Shown here: piece by piece, positions 1-7,358 of the stretch
How positions within the stretch are numbered: position 1 is the stretch's first letter
Layout of the letters: each line of letters begins with the position of its first letter
Assembly: GCA_002367305.1 (NCBI GenBank)
Contig: DFBG01000006.1
Location: 1-44,960, forward strand
DNA: 44,960 nt
Origin: Actinobacteria bacterium UBA3086
GTDB lineage: Bacteria; Actinomycetota; Coriobacteriia; Anaerosomatales; UBA3086
Direction: 5' to 3'
The notes under the pieces: generated by a model
Seen by the model: only the letters and a program-made list of their open reading frames with translations
The model's database searches: none
What the model was told of the DNA's origin: nothing
Program-made: the position numbers and the translations under genes

Positions 1-804
1 ACGGTCTTTGGTGAGCTGGATGGAATCGCCCCCGGTTGGACCCAGAGTGAGGTCAGGAGACTCCTGGGGGCATTCTTGTTTGTTGGCAATGACGTTGAGA
101 AGAAGGTCTCTGTGCTGTCCGGCGGAGAGAAGTGCCGACTCGCGCTCGCCAAGATGCTGGTGGAGCCCGCACCGTTCATGTGCCTCGATGAGCCGACCAA
201 CCACTTGGACATCGAGTCCAGTGACATTCTGGAGAAGGCTCTCATCGGCTTCGATGGGACGATCGCCCTTATCACGCACGACAGACACCTGATTCGATCC
301 GTCGCGAACAAGATCATTGACGTACGCGACGGCCATGCGACCGTCTATGACGGCGACTACGACTACTACCTGTGGAAACGCGAGCAGATGGCAGCCGGCA
401 GTGCCGCTTCAGGTGCCCCGAAGAAGTCGGCAAAGCCCAGTGGGGGAGAAGCGACTTCGTCTGGCGGTCAACAGGAGAAGCCAAAGCCGGTGCGCAAATC
501 CAGTGGGCCCAAGACCAAAGAGCAGAAGCGCGCCGAGGCAGAAGCGCGCAGTAGAGCGAGCGGCTCAACAGGCGGCGGTGGGCGTAAACGTTTGGCCCAG
601 GTCGAGAAGGAGATGGCTGTCGCCCAGAAGCGACACGATGAGATCGTCGAGGCCATGGCGGAGCCGACCATCTACGACGACCAAGACGCATTTCAGGCGC
701 TCATGGCCGAGTACACCCAACTCAAGAAGGCGCTGCAACAGCTTGAGGATGAATGGGTGAAACTGGGAGACGAAATAGAGAAATCCGAAAGAAATAGTTT
801 GTAA
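1..804 (+). CDS. ABC-F family ATPase, C-terminal part (5' end off-window)
   Basis: Frame 1 is open from base 1. The translation has the ABC signature LSGGEK and Walker [13 protein letters not shown], followed by a Lys/Glu/Ala-rich coiled-coil tail typical of ABC-F proteins. Stop TAA is at 802-804. Confidence 0.85.
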   Translation, partial: TVFGELDGIAPGWTQSEVRRLLGAFLFVGNDVEKKVSVLSGGEKCRLALAKMLVEPAPFMCLDEPTNHLDIESSDILEKALIGFDGTIALITHDRHLIRSVANKIIDVRDGHATVYDGDYDYYLWKREQMAAGSAASGAPKKSAKPSGGEATSSGGQQEKPKPVRKSSGPKTKEQKRAEAEARSRASGSTGGGGRKRLAQVEKEMAVAQKRHDEIVEAMAEPTIYDDQDAFQALMAEYTQLKKALQQLEDEWVKLGDEIEKSERNSL

Positions 805-810
805 CAATAT

Positions 811-839
811 TTACAATCTCTCCTCCTTCTGCCTAATAT
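811..839 (+). promoter_or_regulatory. Candidate sigma70-type promoter for the nuo operon
   Basis: TTACAA (811-816), 17 nt, TAATAT (834-839), in the only AT-rich patch upstream of nuoA. The -35 is weak. A 13-bp palindrome AATATTCAATATT (835-847) overlaps the -10. Confidence 0.25.
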
Positions 840-857
840 TCAATATTCGCGTTCTTG

Positions 858-880
858 GCGACGACTGAAACAGTCGTTGC
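858..880 (+). promoter_or_regulatory. Stem-loop in the nuoA leader
   Basis: acgactg / aaa / cagtcgt is a perfect 7-bp stem (861-877). Flanking gcg/tgc extends it to 10 bp with one G-U. Confidence 0.3.
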
Positions 881-921
881 AGGAAGTAGGGGCGCGGATG
901 TCGAACAAGGTCTTATCGGCT

Positions 922-946
922 GGCTTGTAACACAGAGTTACAAGCC
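922..946 (+). promoter_or_regulatory. Perfect 9-bp inverted repeat (stem-loop or operator) in the nuoA leader
   Basis: ggcttgtaa / cacagag / ttacaagcc, located 30 nt upstream of the nuoA GTG. Confidence 0.3.
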
Positions 947-975
947 ACAGAGGATCGTCGGCATGAGGGGGTTCT

Positions 976-1344
976 GTGGATAGCAGTGCGACCCAAAGCG
1001 TACTTTTCGTTGCTGGTCTGATCACGGCCGGTGTGGGATTCATCGCAATCGTCTTCGCACTCAATGCACTGCTCTCTCCTCGCAATCCCACTCCTGAGAA
1101 AGAAGAACCCTTTGAGTGCGGTATGCCGCAGGCCGGTGCACCCAACGTGGCTGTGCGCTTGCGCTTCGCCACCGTCGCCATGCTGTTCGTGCTCTTCGAC
1201 GCCGAAGCGATCCTGCTGTTCGCAGTGGTCCCGGCTCTTCATGGTTCGTGGATCGCAGTCGCCGAGGTGGGTGCGTTCACTGCGTTCCTGACGCTCGGTC
1301 TCGTGTACGCCTGGCGTAAGGGGGCCCTTCAGTGGCGTTGGTAG
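976..1344 (+). CDS. nuoA: NADH-quinone oxidoreductase subunit A
   Basis: 122 aa with three predicted TM segments and the NuoA-like core PFECGMP...RF..VAMLFVLFD.E. GTG start follows GAGGGGG. It is the first gene of the nuo cluster. Confidence 0.9.
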   Translation: MDSSATQSVLFVAGLITAGVGFIAIVFALNALLSPRNPTPEKEEPFECGMPQAGAPNVAVRLRFATVAMLFVLFDAEAILLFAVVPALHGSWIAVAEVGAFTAFLTLGLVYAWRKGALQWRW

Positions 1345-1898
1345 ACAAGCTCGGTGCTGCGCTTGACAGCAGTGGCGGCGGCATCATCCTCACCACGGTC
1401 GACTCTCTTGCCGACTGGGCTCGCGGCAAGTCACTCTGGTCCATGCCCATGGGCACTGCGTGCTGCGCCATGGAGCTCATCGCCGGCTCGTTCTCCAAGT
1501 TCGACTTCGATCGACACGGAACGTTTCCGCGGCCCGATCCGCGTCATGTCGACGTCATGATCGTCGCCGGCACCATCACCCGAAAGATGGCTCCCGCCGT
1601 CAAGAGGATCTATGAGCAGATGGCCGAGCCAAAATGGGTCATCGCCATGGGCAACTGTGCGGTGTCCGGTGGCATCTTCTACTACGATTCGTACTCGGTG
1701 ATCCGCGGGGTCGATGAGATCCTGCCTGTGGATGTCTATATTGCCGGGTGTCCTCCTCGTCCGGAGTCCATGCAGGATGCGGTATTCCAGTTGCGCGAGA
1801 AGATTGCAACGGAGTCGATCGCACCTGGCAAGAAGCGTGAGGTTGAGTTCTCGCTTCCCATGCCCGGCGCCGGGGTTCGCGGCGGTGACGCTGAGTGA
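1332..1898 (+). CDS. nuoB: NADH-quinone oxidoreductase subunit B
   Basis: Carries the N2-cluster cysteine motifs GTACCAMEL, GNCAVSGG and AGCPPRPE. The GTG start overlaps the nuoA end. Confidence 0.93.
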   Translation: MALVDKLGAALDSSGGGIILTTVDSLADWARGKSLWSMPMGTACCAMELIAGSFSKFDFDRHGTFPRPDPRHVDVMIVAGTITRKMAPAVKRIYEQMAEPKWVIAMGNCAVSGGIFYYDSYSVIRGVDEILPVDVYIAGCPPRPESMQDAVFQLREKIATESIAPGKKREVEFSLPMPGAGVRGGDAE

Positions 1899-2356
1899 AG
1901 ATCAACGAGCTCCGCGAGCACCTCTGCGCGCAGTACCCTGATCTCTGTCCGCTCTTCTCCATAGAATTCGGCGACGGAGTGCTCCTCGTTGAGTGCGGTC
2001 AGCTCCTGGGCGCGGCAAGCGACCTGAGAGACCTCGGTTTCGACCGCTTGGGTATGGTGACCGCGGTCGATCGTGGAGAGACCTTTGAGATGGTGTATCG
2101 GCTCACCTCACGGAGTATGTCGGCAGGCATCTTTCTCAAGTGTGAAGTTCCCCGCGACAATCCCGTCATTCAGTCCCTGACCTCCCTCTGGCCGGCTGCG
2201 AACTGGCACGAGCGCGAGGTCTACGACATGTTCGGCATCGAGTTCGAGGGACATCCGGACATGCGTCGGATACTGCTTCCGCCCGAGTGGGAAGGCTACC
2301 CACTGCGCAAGGACTATGAGGATGAACGCATCATCCATCGACCGGATTACATCTGA
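1895..2356 (+). CDS. nuoC: NADH-quinone oxidoreductase subunit C (short form)
   Basis: Contains LTSLWPAANWHEREVYDMFGIEFEGHPD, characteristic of NuoC. GTGA overlap with the nuoB stop. Confidence 0.9.
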   Translation: MKINELREHLCAQYPDLCPLFSIEFGDGVLLVECGQLLGAASDLRDLGFDRLGMVTAVDRGETFEMVYRLTSRSMSAGIFLKCEVPRDNPVIQSLTSLWPAANWHEREVYDMFGIEFEGHPDMRRILLPPEWEGYPLRKDYEDERIIHRPDYI

Positions 2357-3521
2357 TGCTGGGGAGGTGGATGCTGTGACGCTCAAGATAACTGAACGTA
2401 CCAAGAAGATTGCTACCGACGGGACACCCGTCGACGAGCTTGTGGTCAATGTGGGACCGTCGCACCCTTCGACCCATGGTGTGTGTCGTGTGATCACGCA
2501 CGTGGACGGCGAGATCGTGACCAAGGCCGAGCCCGTCATCGGGTACCTGCATCGTGGTGTCGAGAAGATCGCCGAGAACCGCACCTATCTGCAGGTCGTG
2601 CCGCTTACAGACAGACTCGACTACGTGGGCTCCATGTACACCAACTGGGCGTATAGCCGCTCAGTGGAGCGTCTCGCCGGCATTCGGGTCCCGGAGCGTG
2701 CAGAGTACCTGCGCGTGATCACCTGCGAGATGCAACGCATGGCAAGTCATATGATGTCGCTCGGTTCGACCTCTGGTGACTCAGGTGCCACGACGGCGTT
2801 CATCTACTCGTTCGACATCCGCGAGCGGGTCATCGAGTTCTTCGAGGATCTATGCGGCTCACGGCTCACCTATAACTATGTACGTCCCGGTGGCGTGAGC
2901 ATGGAGGTTCCGGACGGATGGTTCGACGACATCCTTGCCTGGCTGCCCATTGCTCGTCAGTCGCTCTCAGAGCTCGATCGTCTCTTCTTTGGCAATCACA
3001 TCGCGCGTGGCCGACTCAAGGGCATCGGGGTTCTGTCGGCAGAGGATGCGGTGTCCTGGGGCGCGTCCGGCCCCGTGGCTCGCGGATCCGGTGTGAACTG
3101 GGACTTGCGCAAGCACGATACCTACTCTGTCTATCCTCGCTTTGATTTTGATGTGCCCATCGGCTCCAACGGTGATGCGTACGATCGCGCACGCTGCCGT
3201 CTGTTCGAGGTCTACGAGTCCATGCGCATCATTGAGCAGGCTATCGAGCAGATAGAGCCCGGCCCCATCAAGGCCGACGGTATTCCTCGCCTGATCGCCC
3301 CGCGACCGGGAGATGCGTACGATCACATCGAGTCCGCGCGCGGATCACTGGGCGTGTATCTCGTTTCCGATGGGAGTCCGCGCCCGTATCGCATGAAGGT
3401 GCGTTCTCCCGCTTTCTGCAACCTTGCGTTGCTACCGATGCTCGCTGAGGGTCATACGTTGTCCGACCTGGTCATCGTGCTCGGTTCATTAGACCCGGTG
3501 TTCGGGGAGGTCGACCGATGA
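2316..3521 (+). CDS. nuoD: NADH-quinone oxidoreductase subunit D
   Basis: Contains NVGPSHPSTHGV, GYLHRGVEK and the C-terminal DLVIVLGSLDPVFGEVDR. The maximal ORF is given. The real start may be GTG 2376, which follows GGGGAGGTGG after the nuoC stop. Confidence 0.92.
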   Translation: MRMNASSIDRITSDAGEVDAVTLKITERTKKIATDGTPVDELVVNVGPSHPSTHGVCRVITHVDGEIVTKAEPVIGYLHRGVEKIAENRTYLQVVPLTDRLDYVGSMYTNWAYSRSVERLAGIRVPERAEYLRVITCEMQRMASHMMSLGSTSGDSGATTAFIYSFDIRERVIEFFEDLCGSRLTYNYVRPGGVSMEVPDGWFDDILAWLPIARQSLSELDRLFFGNHIARGRLKGIGVLSAEDAVSWGASGPVARGSGVNWDLRKHDTYSVYPRFDFDVPIGSNGDAYDRARCRLFEVYESMRIIEQAIEQIEPGPIKADGIPRLIAPRPGDAYDHIESARGSLGVYLVSDGSPRPYRMKVRSPAFCNLALLPMLAEGHTLSDLVIVLGSLDPVFGEVDR

Positions 3522-4468
3522 CGGGATATGTCGGCGGATTGGTATTTGGACTGTCCGGAGGGATGGTCATAGCACTCGCAGCCCTTTTCGGGGTGTGGTG
3601 GGAGCGCAAGGTCGCAGGTCGCATACAGATGCGCCTCGGCCCGACAGAGATTGGTCCGGCAGGTGTGTTCCAGGCGCTTGCCGATACCATCAAGCTCCTA
3701 CTCAAAGAGGACATCACGCCGCGGCAGGCGGACAAGAAACTGTTCCGTGTCGCGCCGTTCTTGGTATTCACGCCCATCGCGATGTCGCTTGTGGTGATTC
3801 CGTTCGCCAATGGATGGGCGCCGCTCGACACGTCGGTGGGCATGTTGTTCTACCTGGCGGTTCCTGCGGTGTCGGTCATCGGCATTCTGATCGCTGGGTT
3901 CTCGTCGGGAAACACCTACGCCACGCTGGGCGGTATCCGTGGCGCGGCACAGATGATCTCGTATGAGTTGCCGCGCACACTGTCCGTGCTTGCCATAGCG
4001 ATTCTGGCAGGCACTCTTGCGCCGGTCGAGGTCATGGCACGGTACGAGTGGTGGTGGTTCCCGGTGTCGCTGCTGGGGTTCATCGTCTTCTTCATCTCAT
4101 CTGTAGCTGAGCTCAATCGCGCCCCGTTCAACATCCCTGAGGCCGATAGTGAACTTGTGGCTGGCTACTTTGCCGACTACTCGGGCATTCGATGGGCCAT
4201 CTTCATGATGTCTGAGTACGGAGGCATCGTTGCGACATCGTACTTTGGCGCGGCGATCTTCCTTGGAGGTTCCCAGGGCATCGGTGGTGTGCTGGGTGTC
4301 CTGCTCATATTCCTCAAGGCGATCCTGCTCATTACGGTGATCATCTGGGTCGGTTGGACGTTCCCCCGGTTTCGTTCCGACCAATTGCTCACTCTCGCGT
4401 GGAAGGTGCTGACGCCCATGGCGCTCGTACAGATCGTGATCGTGGGGGTGATCATTCCGTGGCTGTGA
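3518..4468 (+). CDS. nuoH: NADH-quinone oxidoreductase subunit H
   Basis: Polytopic membrane protein with WWERKVAGRIQMRLGP, ELNRAPFNIPEADSELVAGY and PRFRSDQL. ATGA overlap with the nuoD stop, so there is no room for nuoE/F/G. Confidence 0.93.
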   Translation: MTGYVGGLVFGLSGGMVIALAALFGVWWERKVAGRIQMRLGPTEIGPAGVFQALADTIKLLLKEDITPRQADKKLFRVAPFLVFTPIAMSLVVIPFANGWAPLDTSVGMLFYLAVPAVSVIGILIAGFSSGNTYATLGGIRGAAQMISYELPRTLSVLAIAILAGTLAPVEVMARYEWWWFPVSLLGFIVFFISSVAELNRAPFNIPEADSELVAGYFADYSGIRWAIFMMSEYGGIVATSYFGAAIFLGGSQGIGGVLGVLLIFLKAILLITVIIWVGWTFPRFRSDQLLTLAWKVLTPMALVQIVIVGVIIPWL

Positions 4469-4590
4469 GGTCGAATGACGGATCGGGTGCGCCTCCTAAC
4501 GGTCACATCGGTGCCCTTGAACATGAGTCAGATTCGGTGCTGTTGCACATCAACGTCTCCGACGAGGACCGCGGTGGGGTCGGTGGATTC

Positions 4591-6549
4591 GTGGACTCCT
4601 GGAAGTCCGTGTTCGCTGGCATGAAGATCACTGCGGTGAGAGCAATGGGCCCGACAAAGACCGTGCAGTACCCGCACGAGAAGTACGCTGTCTCGCCTCG
4701 CTGGCGCGGTGCCCTTGCGCTCAAAGGTGTTCTTGGGCGAGATGAGATACCCATCATCCGCGATGAGTCGCCGGTATACAACGCCGTGATACGGGATCTC
4801 TATGACAGGGAGCGGTTGCCTCCGTGCGTGGGAAACTGTCCCGCCAACGTGGATGCTCGTGGTCAGAACTACTACTTGGCCGAAGGTATGACCGCTGAGG
4901 CGTATGAACTGGTCCGTGAGCGCAACATCATGCCCGGAGTGCTCGGTCGCATCTGTCATCACCCCTGCGAAAGTGCGTGCCGTCGCAACTACTACGACGA
5001 GCCCATGGCGATCAGGCCACTCCACAGGTTCGCTTACGAGGAGTACGCCGATGTACGCGAGGAGCGCGTGAAAGTCTTTGAGCAGACGCGCGATCAACAG
5101 GTCGCCGTGATCGGCTCCGGGCCCTCAGGACTCGCAGCGGCTTTCGATCTCATGGCGCTCGGCTACCGGGTTGTCGTGTACGAGAAGGAGCGTGCTCCTG
5201 GAGGCGCGTTGTTCTCCGGTGTTCCATCGTACCGACTCCCTCGTGACGTTCTTTCCACAGAGATCAACGGTCTCGTGGATATGGGTCTCGATCTCAGGGT
5301 GGGTATCGAGATCGGGAAAGACGTGCCCATCGATCATCTTCTGGGCGAGTTCGATGCGGTCCTCATTGCCGGCGGACTTCAGACGAGCAGGATCATTCCG
5401 GTACCCGGTCACGACGCCGACGGTGTGCGGGGTGCCTTGGACTTCCTCAAGGACGCCAACTGGAAGGGCGATGCCGGCGTCAAGGGCAAGCGTGTTCTGG
5501 TCATCGGAGGCGGCAACGTCGCGGTCGATGTGGCGCGCTGTGCGCTGAGGACCGGCGCCACCGAGGTGAGACTCGCCTGCCTCGAGGGTGACGACGAGAT
5601 GCCCTGTCACCCCTGGGAGATCGAAGAAGCGGTCGACGAAGGTGTCATCGCCATGTGCTCGATGGGCCCGCATGAGGTCCTGACCACCGACGGTGTCGTC
5701 AGCGGTATGAAGATGCGCGAGTGCCTCTCGGTGTTCGATGAGATGGGTCGTTTCGCGCCCAACTACGGCGAGGATTACGCTGAGGTCGAGTGTGAGACCG
5801 TCGTGTTCGCCACGGGCACCGCTCCTGTGCTGCATGATCTCGTTGCCGGGTCGGATCTGGTGCTCAACGAGCGGGGAATCCTTCCGGTTGACGGAACGCT
5901 CTTCACCACCGTCATGCCCAACGTGTTCGCGTGCGGCGAGGTCGTGACAGGACCTGGTTCGGCCATCGGCTCCATTGCCACCGGCCATGAGGCTGCCACG
6001 TCCATTCATCGATATCTGTCTGGAGCGAGCCTCTCGGAGAATCGTACGGATCGGCCGGTTCCCGTTTACGAGAACTACCAGCCGGCGAGGTTGGATGGTG
6101 TCGAGGAGTCGCGCAAGCGGGTCAAGATGCCCATGGCTCGTCCGGAGGATCGCCGGAAGGACTTCCGACAGGTGGAGACCGGATTCACCCATCTGGAGGC
6201 AGTCAACGAGGCTGCACGATGTCTCCGCTGCCAGTCCGAGGTCTGCGTCGGCTGCACCTTCTGCGCGCGCACGTGTCCTGACTATGCGATTCAGGTTCAG
6301 CGCGTTGACGACCCCGGCCAGCGCGCCATCACTCGATACGACCTCGATCTCTCCAAATGTTCCTTCTGCGGCTTGTGTGCGGAGCAATGTCCGACGAACG
6401 CGCTCACCCACACGGGTCAGTACGAGCTTAGCTTCTTCCATCGCGATCTCATGGTGTTCGATCACGATGAGATGCTCCGCGATTGTGGCGGAACGCGAGC
6501 TACCGGTGCGGACGCTCATACCCAAGCCGATGCAGAGGAGGCCTCGTGA
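4591..6549 (+). CDS. nuoI: NuoI-like 2x[4Fe-4S] subunit interleaved with a GltD/NfnB-like FAD/NAD(P)H oxidoreductase module
   Basis: NuoI N-terminal motif: KTVQYPHEKYAVSPRWRG. GltD-like Fe-S region: CVGNCP...GRICHHPCESAC. FAD fold VAVIGSGPSGLAAA at 5101-5142. Second dinucleotide fold VLVIGGGNVAVDVA from 5494. NuoI core: CVGCTFCARTCP from 6244 and CSFCGLCAEQCP from 6358, followed by TNALTHTGQYELS. The start is uncertain. GTG 4591 is the best guess, and GTG 4537 and ATG 4621 are alternatives. The ORF-track start 4354 overlaps nuoH and is unlikely. Confidence 0.85.
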   Translation: MDSWKSVFAGMKITAVRAMGPTKTVQYPHEKYAVSPRWRGALALKGVLGRDEIPIIRDESPVYNAVIRDLYDRERLPPCVGNCPANVDARGQNYYLAEGMTAEAYELVRERNIMPGVLGRICHHPCESACRRNYYDEPMAIRPLHRFAYEEYADVREERVKVFEQTRDQQVAVIGSGPSGLAAAFDLMALGYRVVVYEKERAPGGALFSGVPSYRLPRDVLSTEINGLVDMGLDLRVGIEIGKDVPIDHLLGEFDAVLIAGGLQTSRIIPVPGHDADGVRGALDFLKDANWKGDAGVKGKRVLVIGGGNVAVDVARCALRTGATEVRLACLEGDDEMPCHPWEIEEAVDEGVIAMCSMGPHEVLTTDGVVSGMKMRECLSVFDEMGRFAPNYGEDYAEVECETVVFATGTAPVLHDLVAGSDLVLNERGILPVDGTLFTTVMPNVFACGEVVTGPGSAIGSIATGHEAATSIHRYLSGASLSENRTDRPVPVYENYQPARLDGVEESRKRVKMPMARPEDRRKDFRQVETGFTHLEAVNEAARCLRCQSEVCVGCTFCARTCPDYAIQVQRVDDPGQRAITRYDLDLSKCSFCGLCAEQCPTNALTHTGQYELSFFHRDLMVFDHDEMLRDCGGTRATGADAHTQADAEEAS

Positions 6550-7046
6550 GCTTCGATGGACCGTTCATGATCCAGCTCGCCCTCGGAGTTGTCGCGCTGC
6601 TAACCGCGTTGGCCGTGGTCGCGGTGCGAGAGATCACCCGGATGGCCGTCGCGCTGGGAGTGTTCTTACTCTCGGTCGCAGGTCTGTTCCTGTTCTACGG
6701 CGCGAGTTTCCTCGCCGCAGCTGAGGTGTTCGTGTACGTCGGCGGCGTGCTCGTTCTCATGCTGTTCGCCATCATGCTCGTGCAGCGCACCGATGCGGGA
6801 CGCGCAGCGCTGGAGAGTAGGCACGATATCGGGTCGGCTTCAGTCGCCATCGGCCTCTTTGTGATGCTCACGGTCGCACTTCGGGGTGTCTCCAATCGAT
6901 TCCAAGGCTCACCTGCGGGATCTTCAGTGCCTGAGCTTGCCGATGTGCTCATGGGTTCTCGTCTCGTTCAGTACGAGATGGCCGGCCTGCTTCTGTTGGT
7001 AGCTCTCGTGGCCGTGATCGTGATCGCGGGAGGTGACGAGCAATGA
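6546..7046 (+). CDS. nuoJ: NADH-quinone oxidoreductase subunit J
   Basis: Small membrane protein with AAAEVFVYVGGVLVLMLF and a position consistent with NuoJ. GTG 6546 follows GAGGAGG and overlaps the nuoI stop. Confidence 0.85.
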   Translation: MSFDGPFMIQLALGVVALLTALAVVAVREITRMAVALGVFLLSVAGLFLFYGASFLAAAEVFVYVGGVLVLMLFAIMLVQRTDAGRAALESRHDIGSASVAIGLFVMLTVALRGVSNRFQGSPAGSSVPELADVLMGSRLVQYEMAGLLLLVALVAVIVIAGGDEQ

Positions 7047-7357
7047 TGGGTGTTCTCGTTTCCGTCGCGGTGTTCTGTATTGGCGTATACGGAGTGCTCA
7101 CGCGCCGAGATATCGTGGGTGTGCTCGCCTCGGTAGAGGTGATGCTCGCCGGCGCGATGCTCGCACTCGTGGCCATCGCTTCCAGTGCAGACTCGGCCAC
7201 CGGCGTTCGCCCGCTCGCCGAGTCCATCGAGGCCGTCGGCCTGCTTCTTCTGGTTATTGCGGCTTCAGAGGCGGCCGTCGGACTGGCGCTTCTCGTGTCG
7301 GTCGCTCGCAGACGCGGCGTGACCCGAATCGATGAACTTCAGGAGGTGAAGGGCTGA
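7043..7357 (+). CDS. nuoK: NADH-quinone oxidoreductase subunit K
   Basis: 104 aa with 3 TM segments and the NuoK-like pattern (EVMLAGAMLALV, SEAAVGLALLV). ATGA overlap with nuoJ. Confidence 0.88.
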   Translation: MMGVLVSVAVFCIGVYGVLTRRDIVGVLASVEVMLAGAMLALVAIASSADSATGVRPLAESIEAVGLLLLVIAASEAAVGLALLVSVARRRGVTRIDELQEVKG

Positions 7358-7358
7358 G

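Noticed and set aside
565-830. A strong SD-like GAAGGAGGAGAG on the minus strand (818-830) upstream of an 80-aa TTG-initiated antisense ORF (565-807).
   Set aside because: The SD-to-TTG spacing is about 14 nt. The ORF lies wholly antisense to the ABC-F coiled-coil tail and has no features. The CT-rich run is more simply part of the AT/CT-rich intergenic region.
4475-4624. A 49-codon ORF after nuoH (ATG after GAGG) whose TGA overlaps the in-frame ATG 4621 of nuoI as ATGA.
   Set aside because: The other frame across the same bases encodes a NuoI-like N-terminal helix (GGFVDSWKSVFAGMKIT), so nuoI most likely starts upstream of 4621. The small ORF peptide (Cys/Ser/Thr-rich) looks like out-of-frame noise. 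I kept it only as a caveat on the nuoI start.
5125-6525. A 466-aa ORF on the minus strand opposite the NuoI-flavoprotein gene. Similar long antisense ORFs occur at 15174-16076, 16126-16893, 18432-19226, 19845-20801, 36656-37627 and 43525-44307.
   Set aside because: These are shadow ORFs expected in GC-rich DNA with high GC3. Their translations are Arg/Ser/Pro/Gly-rich with no motifs, and each lies entirely opposite a + strand gene with unambiguous family motifs.
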